Assembly: GCA_963730935.1 (NCBI GenBank)
Contig: CAVSTP010000004.1
Location: 1,568,001-1,632,000, forward strand
From: an uncultured Nitrospiraceae bacterium
GTDB lineage: Bacteria > Nitrospirota > Nitrospiria > Nitrospirales > Nitrospiraceae
Length of the DNA stretch: 64,000 nt
Direction: 5' to 3'
Shown piece by piece: positions 1-10,269 of this stretch. The notes beneath the pieces were generated by a model. It searched no databases, was not told the DNA's origin, and saw only the letters and a list, made by a program, of their open reading frames with translations. Position 1 is the first letter of the stretch; every line of letters begins with the position of its first letter. Position numbers and translations under genes: made by a program.

Positions 1-806
1 CGTTTCTTCACGAGGTAAGGAATGCGGTACTCCCGCCCCGTATCCCGTTCGACGGCCCGCTCGAACAGAATTTGGCTGCCTTCCGGCAACTTGCTCTCCG
101 CCTGCCTCACCACCTCGGCTTCCCGGTCCTTCGGAATACGGGCCGGCAAATCCAGCTTCATCTGGTTCTCTTCATCCAACATCTTGAACTCGAGCAGCGC
201 GGTTTCCTTGATCAGATCCTTCGCCCGCTTCGGGTCGCGGATACCCGGAAGCTGCACCACGATCTGCTTCAAACCCTGCCGCTGCACGAGCGGCTCCGCC
301 ACCCCGAACTGGTCAATCCGGTTGCGGATGGTTTCCAGCGCTTGGTTGATCGCCGAATCCTTGATGCGCTTACTCTCGGTCTCCCGCAGCTCCCAGACAA
401 TGGTATTGGCAGAACCGGCCGAATCGACTTCACTAAATGCCGGAAAGTCATCGAGCAGCTTTTGGATCTGCGGTTTCAGGTCGGCATTCTGAAACTGAAT
501 GGTGACTCTCGTCGACGACATCCTTTTCACGGATTCAACGGGGATCTTCTTGTCGACCAAAACGTCTTGTAGAGCCACGACGGAACGATCCACGGCGATT
601 TCCACCGCTCGGTCTTCGTCCACTTCCATGACCAAGTGGATGCCGCCCTGGAGATCCAACCCGAGCGCGATGCCTTTGTTCGGCAAGATCGATCTGGCCC
701 AGGCCGGAAGGGCCTGGTACCAATCAGGAATGGATGGAATGAAGCATATGACCGATACGACAACGATCAGCAGTAACAGCAAGAGCCGTCCACGTATTTT
801 TTTCAT
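1..806 (-). CDS. secD: Protein translocase subunit SecD (5' part; runs off window start)
   Basis: Manual translation from ATG at 806: MKKIRGRLLLL...LGLDLQGGIHLVMEV...IRNRIDQFGVAEPLVQRQG...IVVQLPGI (SecD signatures); directly downstream of yajC. Confidence 0.95.
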   Translation of the reverse strand, partial: MKKIRGRLLLLLLIVVVSVICFIPSIPDWYQALPAWARSILPNKGIALGLDLQGGIHLVMEVDEDRAVEIAVDRSVVALQDVLVDKKIPVESVKRMSSTRVTIQFQNADLKPQIQKLLDDFPAFSEVDSAGSANTIVWELRETESKRIKDSAINQALETIRNRIDQFGVAEPLVQRQGLKQIVVQLPGIRDPKRAKDLIKETALLEFKMLDEENQMKLDLPARIPKDREAEVVRQAESKLPEGSQILFERAVERDTGREYRIPYLVKK

Positions 807-851
807 CGCGCGTCCATCCTGGACGTTCTTCGACCCCTCGCCGTCCTCCGA

Positions 852-1184
852 CTATGCATCTTTATCGTCCTCCTCCGATCGCAAACGGCCAATGTACTCA
901 CGCTGCATCTTGATCTTTGTATTATCGGCGATCTGCAACGTCACGGTGTCTTTTCCAAGGTTGGTCACGGTACCCCAGATTCCCGAGGCCGTGACCACCT
1001 TGTCGCCTTTCTTCAATCCCTCCATCATCGCCTTCTGCTGCTTCTGCTTTTTCTGCTGAGGCAGGATCAGCATGAAATAGAAAATCACGAAGATCAACAC
1101 AAAGGGCACCAACGACAGAAGCGTCCCGGATCCCGAGCCGCTTCCTCCGCTTGTTTGTGCCCAAGCGACCGATTCCATCCACAT
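852..1184 (-). CDS. yajC: Preprotein translocase subunit YajC
   Basis: One TM helix then FYFMLILPQQKKQK...LKKGDKVVTASGIWG; tgt-yajC-secD order. Confidence 0.95.
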   Translation of the reverse strand: MWMESVAWAQTSGGSGSGSGTLLSLVPFVLIFVIFYFMLILPQQKKQKQQKAMMEGLKKGDKVVTASGIWGTVTNLGKDTVTLQIADNTKIKMQREYIGRLRSEEDDKDA

Positions 1185-1242
1185 ACAAGTGTTCCTCTCT
1201 TATGTGACTAACAACGCATGCAGCTCGCGCGAGGCGCTGATG

Positions 1243-2397
1243 CTATTCGCCCTGAAGTGCGCCGTCCGTCTCGGCGCAGGTGAGCCCACCCTGCTCCTGA
1301 GGTTGTTGACGGTAGAACGAATCCCGAAACTCCGTAAAGCGTCCTTCCGCGATCGCCAGGCGCATGCGACGCATGAAATCAGAAAAATACCAGAGATTAT
1401 GGATCGTGTTCAGACGCGAGGCCAGCATCTCTTTCACGTGATAGAGATGATGCAGATAGGCGCGCGAGTAACGCCCGCAGACGGCGCAGCCGCAAGCCGG
1501 ATCAATAGGCGATTCGTCGCGTTGATAGCGGGCCTGCTTGATCAGGACACGGCCGAAACTCGTGAACAGCCACCCGGTCCGTCCGTGGCGGGACGGCACC
1601 ACGCAGTCGAACATGTCGATCCCGCGAGCTACTCCTTCGATGAGATTCTCCGGCATGCCGACGCCCATCAGATAACGCGGTTTGACGGCGGGCAACTCCG
1701 GTACCGTCACCTCCAGCATGCGGTACATGTCGGTCTTGCTTTCGCCGACGGACAGTCCGCCGACCGCATAACCGTCGAATTGCAGCCTCACGAGATCACG
1801 CGCCGAGCCGGCTCGCAGCTCGGGGTCCAATCCGCCCTGGACGATGCCGAACAGCGCTTGATCGGAGCGGCGCCGGCTGGCCTGGCAACGGGCGGCCCAC
1901 AGCGACGTACGCCTGACGGCCTCCCGGATCGCATCGTGGTCCGCCGGCAAGGCCAGGCATTGATCGAACGCCATGATGATATCGGCGCCAAGCGCTTCCT
2001 GAATCTCAATCGCCGTCTCCGGCGTGATGAAATGCGCGGAGCCGTCGAGGTGCGACTGAAAGCTCACGCCGGCATCGGTAATGCGGCAGAGCTTCGCCAG
2101 ACTGAACATTTGAAACCCGCCGCTGTCGGTGAGGATCGCGCCTGGCCAGCCAGTGAACCGGTGCAGGCCGCCCATCTCGGCGATGATTTTGTGCCCGGGC
2201 CGCAAGTACAAGTGGTACGCGTTGTTCAGCATGAGCCGGAAGCCCAACTGCTCGAGGTCCTGGGGATCGATGCCCTTGACGGGGCCCAGCGTCCCCACGG
2301 GCATGAACGCGGGCGTCTCGATCACGCCGTGGGCGGTGGTCAGCGTGCCGAGTCTTGCGCTCGTGTTCCGGTCGGTATGGTCAACAGCAAAATTCAC
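1243..2397 (-). CDS. tgt: Queuine tRNA-guanine transglycosylase
   Basis: TPAFMPVGT, TDSGGFQ, DMFDCVVP and the Zn-site CGCAVC...H motifs. Confidence 0.97.
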   Translation of the reverse strand: MNFAVDHTDRNTSARLGTLTTAHGVIETPAFMPVGTLGPVKGIDPQDLEQLGFRLMLNNAYHLYLRPGHKIIAEMGGLHRFTGWPGAILTDSGGFQMFSLAKLCRITDAGVSFQSHLDGSAHFITPETAIEIQEALGADIIMAFDQCLALPADHDAIREAVRRTSLWAARCQASRRRSDQALFGIVQGGLDPELRAGSARDLVRLQFDGYAVGGLSVGESKTDMYRMLEVTVPELPAVKPRYLMGVGMPENLIEGVARGIDMFDCVVPSRHGRTGWLFTSFGRVLIKQARYQRDESPIDPACGCAVCGRYSRAYLHHLYHVKEMLASRLNTIHNLWYFSDFMRRMRLAIAEGRFTEFRDSFYRQQPQEQGGLTCAETDGALQGE

Positions 2398-2417
2398 GGT
2401 CGTTCGTTTGCGATGGC

Positions 2418-4169
2418 CTACATCTGGTCGGGGGCGGAAATGCCCAGCACCGTTAAGCCGTTCTTGATGACTTGCTGCACGCCCCGCATTAACGCCAGCC
2501 GCGCGGCGGTCCGTTCAGGACTCAGGGTTTCCCGTTTGGCCCCTTCATCGGCTGCTATCCCGGGAGCTGCCTGTGCGAAGACCTCCGGATCAGCGGCCGG
2601 GGGCAGAATCCGGTGCTTGTTGTAAAAGGTATGGAGCAGCGCGGCAAGCTGCTGCAAATAGTAGGTCATCCGATGTGGCTCATAGCCGATCGCCGCAGCC
2701 TCCAGTACCGACGGATAGGCGGCCAGCTTCCTGATCAGCCCCAGTTCGTCAGGATCGGACAACAACGAGAGGTTCGCACGGCTCGGCGGCGGACAGGTGA
2801 TCCCACGCGAGGCAGCAACCCGCCAGAGACTCGCAATCCGGGCGTGCGCATATTGGACGTAGTACACGGGATTGTCGGCCGACCGCTGTTTGGCGAGCTC
2901 GAGATCGAATTCGAGGTGCGTCTTGGAATCGCGCATAAGGAAATAGAACTTGGCGGCATCGGCACCCACTTCGTCGATGACTTCTGCCATCGTGATGAAC
3001 TCGCCCGTCCGCTTCGACATCTTCACTTCTTCGCCCGCTCTCAGCAGCTTCACGAGCTGGACGAGCACGACCTGCAGGCGCTCTTTGGGATGGCCATAGG
3101 CCTGCATGACCGCCTGCATGCGCGGGATGTAGCCATGGTGATCGGCGCCCCAGACATCGATCAGCAGATCATAGCCGCGTTGCAGTTTGTCCCGGTGATA
3201 CGCGATGTCGGAAGCCAGGTAGGTGTACTCCCCGTCCTGCTTCTTGACGACGCGGTCTTTCTCATCCCCAAAGTCCGACGACCGGAACCACCAGGCACCG
3301 TCCTGTTCAAACACGAGCCGGCGGGACTTCAGCTCGTCCAGCACGCGCTCGACGGCCTGTGAGGAGAGCAGCGACGCTTCGCTGAACCACGAGGCAAATT
3401 CGATCCCGAACGCCTTGAGATCTTCACGGATTAAGCTCAACAGTTGGTGGTAGGCCAACGAGCGGACGCGCTCCTCGAGCTGCTCGGCCGACAGGCCTCT
3501 CTCCGCATCGAGCGCGGCTTTGAGGCGCTCCGCCAGCGCCGTAATATAGGCGCCGTGATACCCGTCTTCCGGAAAGGCGGCAGGCTGGCCACTCAGCTCT
3601 CGATACCGGGCGGCCACTGAGGCTCCCAGTAACTTCATCTGGCGGCCGGCATCGTTGATGTAATACTCGCTGACGACCTCGAAGCCGACTGCGTGGAGCA
3701 GACTGGCGACGGCTTGACCAACGGCCGCGCCTCGTCCATGCCCGACATGCAAGGGACCGGTCGGATTCGCACTCACATACTCCACCAACGCCCGCTGTCC
3801 TTTGCCGACATCGGTGGTGCCGTATAAGGCGCCTTGTTGCTCGATTTCTCTAAGCGTTTCCTGCCACAGAGCCGGCTTGACGGTAAGATTCAGAAACCCC
3901 GGCCTGACGATCTCCACCCGATCGAAGAGTTGGTCCCGCTGCGGAAGGTTCTCGACGATGATCTGCGCGATGTCATGAGGCGCTCGCTGTTCAGAGGATG
4001 CCAGGGACATGGCCACGGTCGAGGCAAGATCGCCCCATTCCGGCCGTTTGGGCGCATCGAGGCTGAGCGTGGGCCAGGCCGCCGTTTTCAATTGCCCCTT
4101 TTTCCTGGCGCCGTTCAGAGCATCCAGGAGTGCGTTGGTCACTTTTTCCTGCACCACGCCGTGCGACAA
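2418..4169 (-). CDS. argS: Arginine--tRNA ligase
   Basis: VEYVSANPTGPLHVGHGR (HIGH), GADHHGY, KMSKRTG, YVQYAHAR, C-terminal GISAPDQM. Confidence 0.97.
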   Translation of the reverse strand: MSHGVVQEKVTNALLDALNGARKKGQLKTAAWPTLSLDAPKRPEWGDLASTVAMSLASSEQRAPHDIAQIIVENLPQRDQLFDRVEIVRPGFLNLTVKPALWQETLREIEQQGALYGTTDVGKGQRALVEYVSANPTGPLHVGHGRGAAVGQAVASLLHAVGFEVVSEYYINDAGRQMKLLGASVAARYRELSGQPAAFPEDGYHGAYITALAERLKAALDAERGLSAEQLEERVRSLAYHQLLSLIREDLKAFGIEFASWFSEASLLSSQAVERVLDELKSRRLVFEQDGAWWFRSSDFGDEKDRVVKKQDGEYTYLASDIAYHRDKLQRGYDLLIDVWGADHHGYIPRMQAVMQAYGHPKERLQVVLVQLVKLLRAGEEVKMSKRTGEFITMAEVIDEVGADAAKFYFLMRDSKTHLEFDLELAKQRSADNPVYYVQYAHARIASLWRVAASRGITCPPPSRANLSLLSDPDELGLIRKLAAYPSVLEAAAIGYEPHRMTYYLQQLAALLHTFYNKHRILPPAADPEVFAQAAPGIAADEGAKRETLSPERTAARLALMRGVQQVIKNGLTVLGISAPDQM

Positions 4170-4262
4170 CTATGGCTCCTAACGCTCGTAAGTCCTTAGC
4201 ATTGAAAGAGAAAATTAACTTGGCACTGTACCACAGGGCTTAATGATGAGACAAGGCACGAG

Positions 4263-5267
4263 TCAGGAAATCCGAGGGTTTACGCCGAGAGTTCGGATGG
4301 TTCGGCAAGCAGCGAGGATGGCCGGAGGCGATAACTCGAGACAAGGCTTCTCTATACAATTCCCGACGGCGTCCCACGAGGCGCAGCGGCAAGGATTCTC
4401 TCGAATCACCGTCACGGCCCGGCCTCGCGGCGCCCAGCGCGCCGACTCGGTTGGACCGAACAGGGCGACAGTCGGCGTTCCCAGCAACGCGGCCAGATGA
4501 GTGACCCCTGAATCATGACCGAGAAAGAGGTCGACCTGCGACAGGACGCCGGCCAGCAGGCGGATGGAGAGACCGCTCACGAGGATTGGATGTCGGGCCA
4601 TGTGGATCAGGAGACGTTGAACCATCTCATGATCCGCCGGTCCATCGAGCAGCAACGGGTGCACACCCTCTGTTTCCAGTCCTTCGAGCACAGGCAGCAA
4701 CACCGCCGGTGTTACGCATTTATGGCGGCTGCCGCTCCCGGGATGGATCATCGCCAACGGACGCTGGCGAGAAACCCCTAACCCCGCAAGGTATGCCTCA
4801 GCTTGCTCTCGAACCGTATTCGGCACTGTGAGAGGAGCCCTCGAGACCTGACGGGATTGCCCGCCCACGATCTCGAGAAATCGCTCACTTTGATGGACGC
4901 TGGACAACCTCGAGGCAAAGGGTGATTCCACCATGACAGCTGCGGCACCGCAGTCTTTCAATGTTGCTGCCAGGGTACCAGCATCATCATGAGTCCATGC
5001 GATCGCCAAGTCGCATCGGCACAGCCAGTCTCTGAGAAAGGCATCGTCGGGCTCCGCTCCACCGAAGAGTGCCGTGCAGGCGGTGGATTGAGCGGAAAGC
5101 CATCGATCGACCAGGCTACAGTCGGCAAGGAATTCCGCCGACTCGTCCTGTCCGCAGAGCAGGACCTGATGGGAGGGAAAGCGTTCCCGGAGGCCTTGAA
5201 TGGCTGGCACAGCGAGCAAGAGATCGCCGAATCCTCCCGGGTGCAGGATGAAGACTGTGCGCGACAT
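4263..5267 (-). CDS. Glycosyltransferase family 9 (heptosyltransferase-like)
   Basis: GGFGDLLL, HPGSGS, GHDSGVTHLAALLGTPTVALFGPT. Confidence 0.88.
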   Translation of the reverse strand: MSRTVFILHPGGFGDLLLAVPAIQGLRERFPSHQVLLCGQDESAEFLADCSLVDRWLSAQSTACTALFGGAEPDDAFLRDWLCRCDLAIAWTHDDAGTLAATLKDCGAAAVMVESPFASRLSSVHQSERFLEIVGGQSRQVSRAPLTVPNTVREQAEAYLAGLGVSRQRPLAMIHPGSGSRHKCVTPAVLLPVLEGLETEGVHPLLLDGPADHEMVQRLLIHMARHPILVSGLSIRLLAGVLSQVDLFLGHDSGVTHLAALLGTPTVALFGPTESARWAPRGRAVTVIRENPCRCASWDAVGNCIEKPCLELSPPAILAACRTIRTLGVNPRIS

Positions 5268-5272
5268 GCTCC

Positions 5273-5905
5273 TCAGGAGGACGAGGGTTTGGCGGTTTGG
5301 TCGAAGAGCGAACGTGCGGCAGCGAGGTCAGCGGGCGTATTCACGTTATAGAAGGAGCGCCCCTCAGGATCGAGCTGGCTGAGCTCATCCGGTGTCACCA
5401 CACGCACCCGGAGCGCGGGATGATCGGCCAATCGGTAGATTTTGAAATCCTGCGCGTGAATGAGACTCTCCATGACCGGCAGACAGTTGCGATGATACAG
5501 CGCGTGCATAGGGTGAAACCCGTTCCGCAGCTTGGCCATGACCACGTCGCCTTCGCCCTTGAGGCCGGTGAAATGCCTGATCGTGCCTGGATCCAGAAAC
5601 GGCATGTCGCATGCGGCAGCAAACACCCACTGTGTCCCAGCCTCTTTCAGCCCGGTATAGAGACCGCCAAGACTGCCGCAGTGGGGGATCACGTCCCGCA
5701 AGACCGGCGCATCGGATGCCACGAGAGGACTATCCTGCGCGACGACGACCATCACCCGTTCGAAGATCGCCCGCAGCACGGATAAACTTCGCACATAGAG
5801 CGTCTCCTCTCCGACTGAGAGAAGACGCTTGTCCTGGCCCATTCTTCGGCTCTTCCCGCCTGCCAGGAGCACGCCCGTCACATCGGAAATCAGGGAGGTC
5901 TTCAC
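5273..5905 (-). CDS. mobA: Molybdenum cofactor guanylyltransferase
   Basis: LLAGGKSRRMGQDK, ACDMPF, NVNTPADL. Start placed at GTG 5905 because AAGGAG lies just upstream and the longer ORF start overlaps a terminator. Confidence 0.92.
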   Translation of the reverse strand: MKTSLISDVTGVLLAGGKSRRMGQDKRLLSVGEETLYVRSLSVLRAIFERVMVVVAQDSPLVASDAPVLRDVIPHCGSLGGLYTGLKEAGTQWVFAAACDMPFLDPGTIRHFTGLKGEGDVVMAKLRNGFHPMHALYHRNCLPVMESLIHAQDFKIYRLADHPALRVRVVTPDELSQLDPEGRSFYNVNTPADLAAARSLFDQTAKPSSS

Positions 5906-5924
5906 ATGGCTCCTTACAAAACAA

Positions 5925-5950
5925 AAGGGGGTGGGTTTCCCCACCCCCTT
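5925..5950 (-). terminator. Intrinsic terminator after the cytochrome/bd-like oxidase operon
   Basis: Perfect stem AAGGGGGTGGG / CCCACCCCCTT, continuing into TTGTTTTG on the minus strand. Confidence 0.8.
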
Positions 5951-5980
5951 CATCTTGACTCCTCTGCAGACCTTCGCGAA

Positions 5981-7774
5981 TTAGAGGGTCTTCCCCTTCT
6001 TCTTGTTCGCGCGCCGCGTGAGAACCCACCCTTCCAGCAGCACGACGCCGAAGGCAATCACGACTGGATAGATATAGGTCTCTTTCGGGGTCGGGGGATT
6101 CATGAACGTGTAGTAGAACGCCGAGACAGCCATTTTCCGTCCGGCATCCCCGTTGTGTCCGTCCCAGGCGAAGAACACGGTCGGAATATACTGACCGACC
6201 TCGAAGAACGTGTCTTCATCGTAGTCCTGGTCCTTCTTGTTCCCGACAGGACGTTGAATCATCACGTACCAACGCCCGTTCTTCCATTCGCCCTTGAGCA
6301 CCTTGAGGTTCTCCTCATAGGTGTCGCGCTCCTCGAAGTCCTTGTCCCATCCCGTGCCCTTGAAGGCCCGGACGGAGCCATCGGCTTCCCACTTCACGAT
6401 GTCGACCGGGAACTGCTCGTTGGTCCCGAACAGATACCGCGGCTTGATCGGAGCAGGCAACTCCTTCCACTTCACCGGAGTTTCGATGGCAATGGCGTCG
6501 TTGTAGACCTTGTAATTGTTTTGATTCGACGCGATGGACCCTTCTTCGCCGGTCTTCGGATCCTGCTCCTTGATATCGACATTCACCTGTGTCGGAGCCC
6601 AGGGCAGTTTGCCTTCGGCAACGCTCTTGGTGCGATCATCCCACTCCAGGAGATACACCATGTACTTGTCGTTGTAGAGAGAACGGACCCAGATATCGTC
6701 GATGCGGTTGACGAAGTTCCTGGGCTTGTGCGTAATCTGCCCGCCCATCGCGATATAGCGCTTGGGCGCCTTTTGCCAGGCTTCATTTTCCATATCGACC
6801 GGAATTTCACCCTCGACCGGATCCGACGGCACAACGAAGTTGATCTTCGGCTTGTCGGTCAACGGATCGATGGAAAGGGGATTTCCATTGGCATCACGTT
6901 CACAGAGCGATTGGACGATGTTGGCAATGTCCCAACGCTCGTCGATGGTCGTGCTGTCCGCAAAAGACGGCATCGGGGTGCCGTTCACACCGGTCGAGAA
7001 GGTCCTGAAAATGTTCTTCACACTATATGGATCCTGCCGGCTGCCACGGAAGTTCCAGCACTTGTGCCAGTCGGCCGGCTGGATCGCAAAGCCCCAGTCG
7101 TCCTTGAGATTGAAGGCGTTTCCGTCCCCACGGCCTTCCACCCCATGGCACTCGATGCACTTCTTCTCCACGATCAGCTCGGCACCGCGCTTCAGACTCT
7201 CTTCGTTGGCCGCCTTCTGCTTGATATCGCCAAGCTGGAGGATCGTCTGGCTTTCCGACTGCTTATCCGTAAACTTCCGATCCTTGACTAACTGGGTCGT
7301 GACGAAGGACAGGACTTGAAGTCTCTGTTCTTCGGTCAAAATGCCTTCCCAGGAAGGCATGGCCGAGCCGGGCAAGCCGTGAGTGACCGTCTCGAACAGG
7401 TCGTTCTGTCCGGGAACGGGCTTGCGAGCGTCGAAGAGCGGTAGCTCACCACTCGCCGTATGACGAATTTTGAACGTGCCCTGATTGAAGTTGCGCGGCC
7501 GAGGCCAGAGGCGGTCTGCGCCTGGTCCATCGCCTGCCCCGTCGACCCCATGACACCAAACACACTTCGTAAAGTACACGCGCTTGCCCGCTTCGATCAT
7601 CTCGGCGGCAGGTTCCGGGGCCAAATCACCCTTCTTGAACCCTTCAGGCATGTCTTCGGCTCCGATCAGCGGAACCCCGAGACTTCCCGATGCCAGGATC
7701 ATACCGAAGGCGGCTGCGGCAACCACTCCTGCCTTCTGACTTGAACTGTTCATCATGTTTAGCCTCATCATCAA
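5981..7774 (-). CDS. Diheme c-type cytochrome fused to a DMSO-reductase type II gamma (EbdC-like) domain, C-terminal TM anchor; candidate NXR gamma/membrane subunit
   Basis: Signal peptide; CVWCH and CIECH; PRPRNF and GLPGSAMP cytochrome motifs; LLEWDD...FFAWDG EbdC-like region; C-terminal TM followed by a basic tail. Confidence 0.8.
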   Translation of the reverse strand: MMMRLNMMNSSSQKAGVVAAAAFGMILASGSLGVPLIGAEDMPEGFKKGDLAPEPAAEMIEAGKRVYFTKCVWCHGVDGAGDGPGADRLWPRPRNFNQGTFKIRHTASGELPLFDARKPVPGQNDLFETVTHGLPGSAMPSWEGILTEEQRLQVLSFVTTQLVKDRKFTDKQSESQTILQLGDIKQKAANEESLKRGAELIVEKKCIECHGVEGRGDGNAFNLKDDWGFAIQPADWHKCWNFRGSRQDPYSVKNIFRTFSTGVNGTPMPSFADSTTIDERWDIANIVQSLCERDANGNPLSIDPLTDKPKINFVVPSDPVEGEIPVDMENEAWQKAPKRYIAMGGQITHKPRNFVNRIDDIWVRSLYNDKYMVYLLEWDDRTKSVAEGKLPWAPTQVNVDIKEQDPKTGEEGSIASNQNNYKVYNDAIAIETPVKWKELPAPIKPRYLFGTNEQFPVDIVKWEADGSVRAFKGTGWDKDFEERDTYEENLKVLKGEWKNGRWYVMIQRPVGNKKDQDYDEDTFFEVGQYIPTVFFAWDGHNGDAGRKMAVSAFYYTFMNPPTPKETYIYPVVIAFGVVLLEGWVLTRRANKKKGKTL

Positions 7775-7810
7775 TATCCAAATATCCAGGTTATGAATCT
7801 CTTCAGACGA

Positions 7811-8848
7811 TTAGTCCCAGGTACGGGGGTAGTAGCCCGTGTGCCAGTATTCGAACAGAACCACCTTCCAGATTTCATCGACCGTCAGGTGTTGCTCCCA
7901 GGGCGGCATAACCGAAGCCCAAGGGAACCCTTCGTTCGGCAATCCGATTCCTCCCTTGGACACACGCCAGAAAATAAACGTCTCCTGCAACTGGGCGATC
8001 GTTCCTGGATCCGTGAAGTTCGCAGGGATCGGGTTGAACGCGAAGGCATGTAAGCCGCGGCCGTTTAAATTGTCGCCGTGGCAGAAATGACAGTTCTGGA
8101 AGAAAATCTCTCCGCCCTCACGCACATACTTCAAATAACCCTGGCTCTTTTCATCCCAGGGATTGGCATTGGGCTTCATCAACCGACCCATGCCCTGTTC
8201 CACAATGTTGGCGTTCGTGTACTCCTGATCGTACTTCCCTTCGGGATTTACACGATACGGATTCTGCGACGTCTGCAACACATAGGTCTTGCCGTGCACC
8301 TTGGTGCTGGCCGGCGGGGCCGGATGCACCGTGCGCAACTCGATCGGCTCTTCCGACTTGGGCTTGAGGGCGTTGTAGGAAAATCCGCCGATGAGGATCG
8401 GGAGCAGGACGAGATAAGCGTAGCGCAGGAGCTTGTTGCCACCGGTCTGCGCATCGAGCACGTTCAGAATCGGCTGCTTGAATTTCTTCCAGTCTTCCTC
8501 GTTGGAGGACACCCACATGAAGACGGCGATGAGCGACACCGTCCCATACATGGCGCGCACACTGAACGGAATCGGAGGATAGACCCGAAACTTCAGATAC
8601 AGCAGGATGAATGCCCAGAAACCGATACCCTGCCAGAATCGAGGAAGGGCCATCCCCATCGAACTCAACATATAACTCAGGCCTGCGAAGCCGGCGACGA
8701 AGATCGTCAACTCCGCGAGCATCTGCATCGGCATGTAGCCTTCGACCAAGCGCACCGTATTGGACGGAACGACATCGAAGATCATCCCGACCAGCAGGAG
8801 GAGTCCGATGACCCCAACCAAGGCGCCCACTGACATCAATGCTTTCAT
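7811..8848 (-). CDS. Membrane-bound monoheme cytochrome c
   Basis: About 5 N-terminal TM helices; CHFCH; distal Met in SVMPPW. Confidence 0.85.
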   Translation of the reverse strand: MKALMSVGALVGVIGLLLLVGMIFDVVPSNTVRLVEGYMPMQMLAELTIFVAGFAGLSYMLSSMGMALPRFWQGIGFWAFILLYLKFRVYPPIPFSVRAMYGTVSLIAVFMWVSSNEEDWKKFKQPILNVLDAQTGGNKLLRYAYLVLLPILIGGFSYNALKPKSEEPIELRTVHPAPPASTKVHGKTYVLQTSQNPYRVNPEGKYDQEYTNANIVEQGMGRLMKPNANPWDEKSQGYLKYVREGGEIFFQNCHFCHGDNLNGRGLHAFAFNPIPANFTDPGTIAQLQETFIFWRVSKGGIGLPNEGFPWASVMPPWEQHLTVDEIWKVVLFEYWHTGYYPRTWD

Positions 8849-8882
8849 GGGTATACTCCCTTATGTCTACAGACGTCCAAGA

Positions 8883-10193
8883 TTAGGAAATCTTCGGAGG
8901 CGGCGCACCCGCCTTCACCTGTGACAAATAGTCGACGATTTTCTTCAGCGCTCCGGCACTCAGCTTCTGCCCGAACACTTTCGGCATCAAGTTGTCAGGA
9001 AATCCCTTCACGACATAGGTGCTGGGAGAGACCACCGATTCCATGATGTATTCTGGAGTGCTGTGTGCAGTTCCTTTGTAAGCCGGATCCTTGAATCGAG
9101 TAGGCGCATTCGTCCCCTCTTCAAGCTTGGGACCTTGAGTACCAGTCGCACCTGGAATACCGGGAATCGTGTGGCAGACCGTGCACTGAGCCTTGGCAAA
9201 AATCTGGTCGACCGGCTCGGAGCCGTCTGCCAGCAGCGCGCTCGCGCCAGCCGGTTTATCTTCCTGCATCTTCGGACGATCGGCCTCCGGGATGAACTTT
9301 TCATATGACTTGGTAATTTCTTCGAACGACGGCGCATCACGGCCTTCCCGGACATAGAGCCAGGTGTCGACCGCCGCTAATTCGGGAAGCGACAGAGAGA
9401 TCGGTGGCTTGTGGATCTTCGGCATCGGGCTTTCTTTGTCGTTCGTGCCCTTCACGCCGTAGCCGGACACGACATAGCAGTTCGGACAGGCATGAGATTC
9501 GGCAATGTACTCCTGCCCGTTCTCTGCAGTTCCACAACCCGGACAGGCTTCTTTTTCGACAAAATCACGCTTGGCTGGATTCCCCTTTGAGTATTTGGGA
9601 TCTTCCAGCCGCTCCTTCCCCGCTCGTTCCGGAAGGCCAATCAAGTTCGGCGCACGCTCGCCCAACATCCCCGCGTGGAACGCATGGCACAGCGGGCATT
9701 GGCCCTTGCCGATCGCACCCTGCACCTTATTCTGCCCGATGCCGCCGAAGATAATTTTCTCACCTTCGTCGGCCAGCTGCTGCGGGGTCATCGAACTGAA
9801 GTCCAGCTTTTCTTCCTTTGGAGGAAACCCTCCCTCGACTTGAGGCAGCCAGTTTCCGTAACCGGAGAGAAACGCGGCCACGAAGAACATGAACCCGCCG
9901 ATCTTGAGCAGCGCGGCGAGGTTCGTAAAATAGAGGGCCATGACGAACGCCGTCAGAGTAATGATCACCAGCGACACGGGAAGCAGGCGGCTTTCGCCAT
10001 AGAAATTGGTCTTGTAATTGGCGATGGCAACGAAGAGGAAGAACGCCCCAATGATACCGATGAGGGTCTTGAAGGTTGCTCGCTTCTTGGCAACAGGATC
10101 ACCGATCGACACCTGGAAATATATGAGCAAGCCGACCAGCAGGGCCAGAACCACCCAGCCCATCGAGAGGGCTTCGTTAATCATATTACCCAC
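8883..10193 (-). CDS. Membrane-bound diheme cytochrome c
   Basis: 4 N-terminal TM helices; CPLCH and CTVCH; SPMP and NLMP distal Met motifs. Confidence 0.85.
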   Translation of the reverse strand: MGNMINEALSMGWVVLALLVGLLIYFQVSIGDPVAKKRATFKTLIGIIGAFFLFVAIANYKTNFYGESRLLPVSLVIITLTAFVMALYFTNLAALLKIGGFMFFVAAFLSGYGNWLPQVEGGFPPKEEKLDFSSMTPQQLADEGEKIIFGGIGQNKVQGAIGKGQCPLCHAFHAGMLGERAPNLIGLPERAGKERLEDPKYSKGNPAKRDFVEKEACPGCGTAENGQEYIAESHACPNCYVVSGYGVKGTNDKESPMPKIHKPPISLSLPELAAVDTWLYVREGRDAPSFEEITKSYEKFIPEADRPKMQEDKPAGASALLADGSEPVDQIFAKAQCTVCHTIPGIPGATGTQGPKLEEGTNAPTRFKDPAYKGTAHSTPEYIMESVVSPSTYVVKGFPDNLMPKVFGQKLSAGALKKIVDYLSQVKAGAPPPKIS

Positions 10194-10269
10194 GTTTTAT
10201 CCTCCTGCGGCTACACCGGTGGGAGACGAACAAGTCTCCCACCGCGAGCCAATGCTCAATAAGGGATGA

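Noticed and set aside
1189..2625. Long plus-strand ORFs opposite real genes (e.g. 1189-2625, 5906-7291, 26029-27228, 53300-54664, 54683-56032)
   Set aside because: Antisense shadows typical of GC-rich codon bias; they have no motifs, and the opposite strand encodes recognisable proteins.
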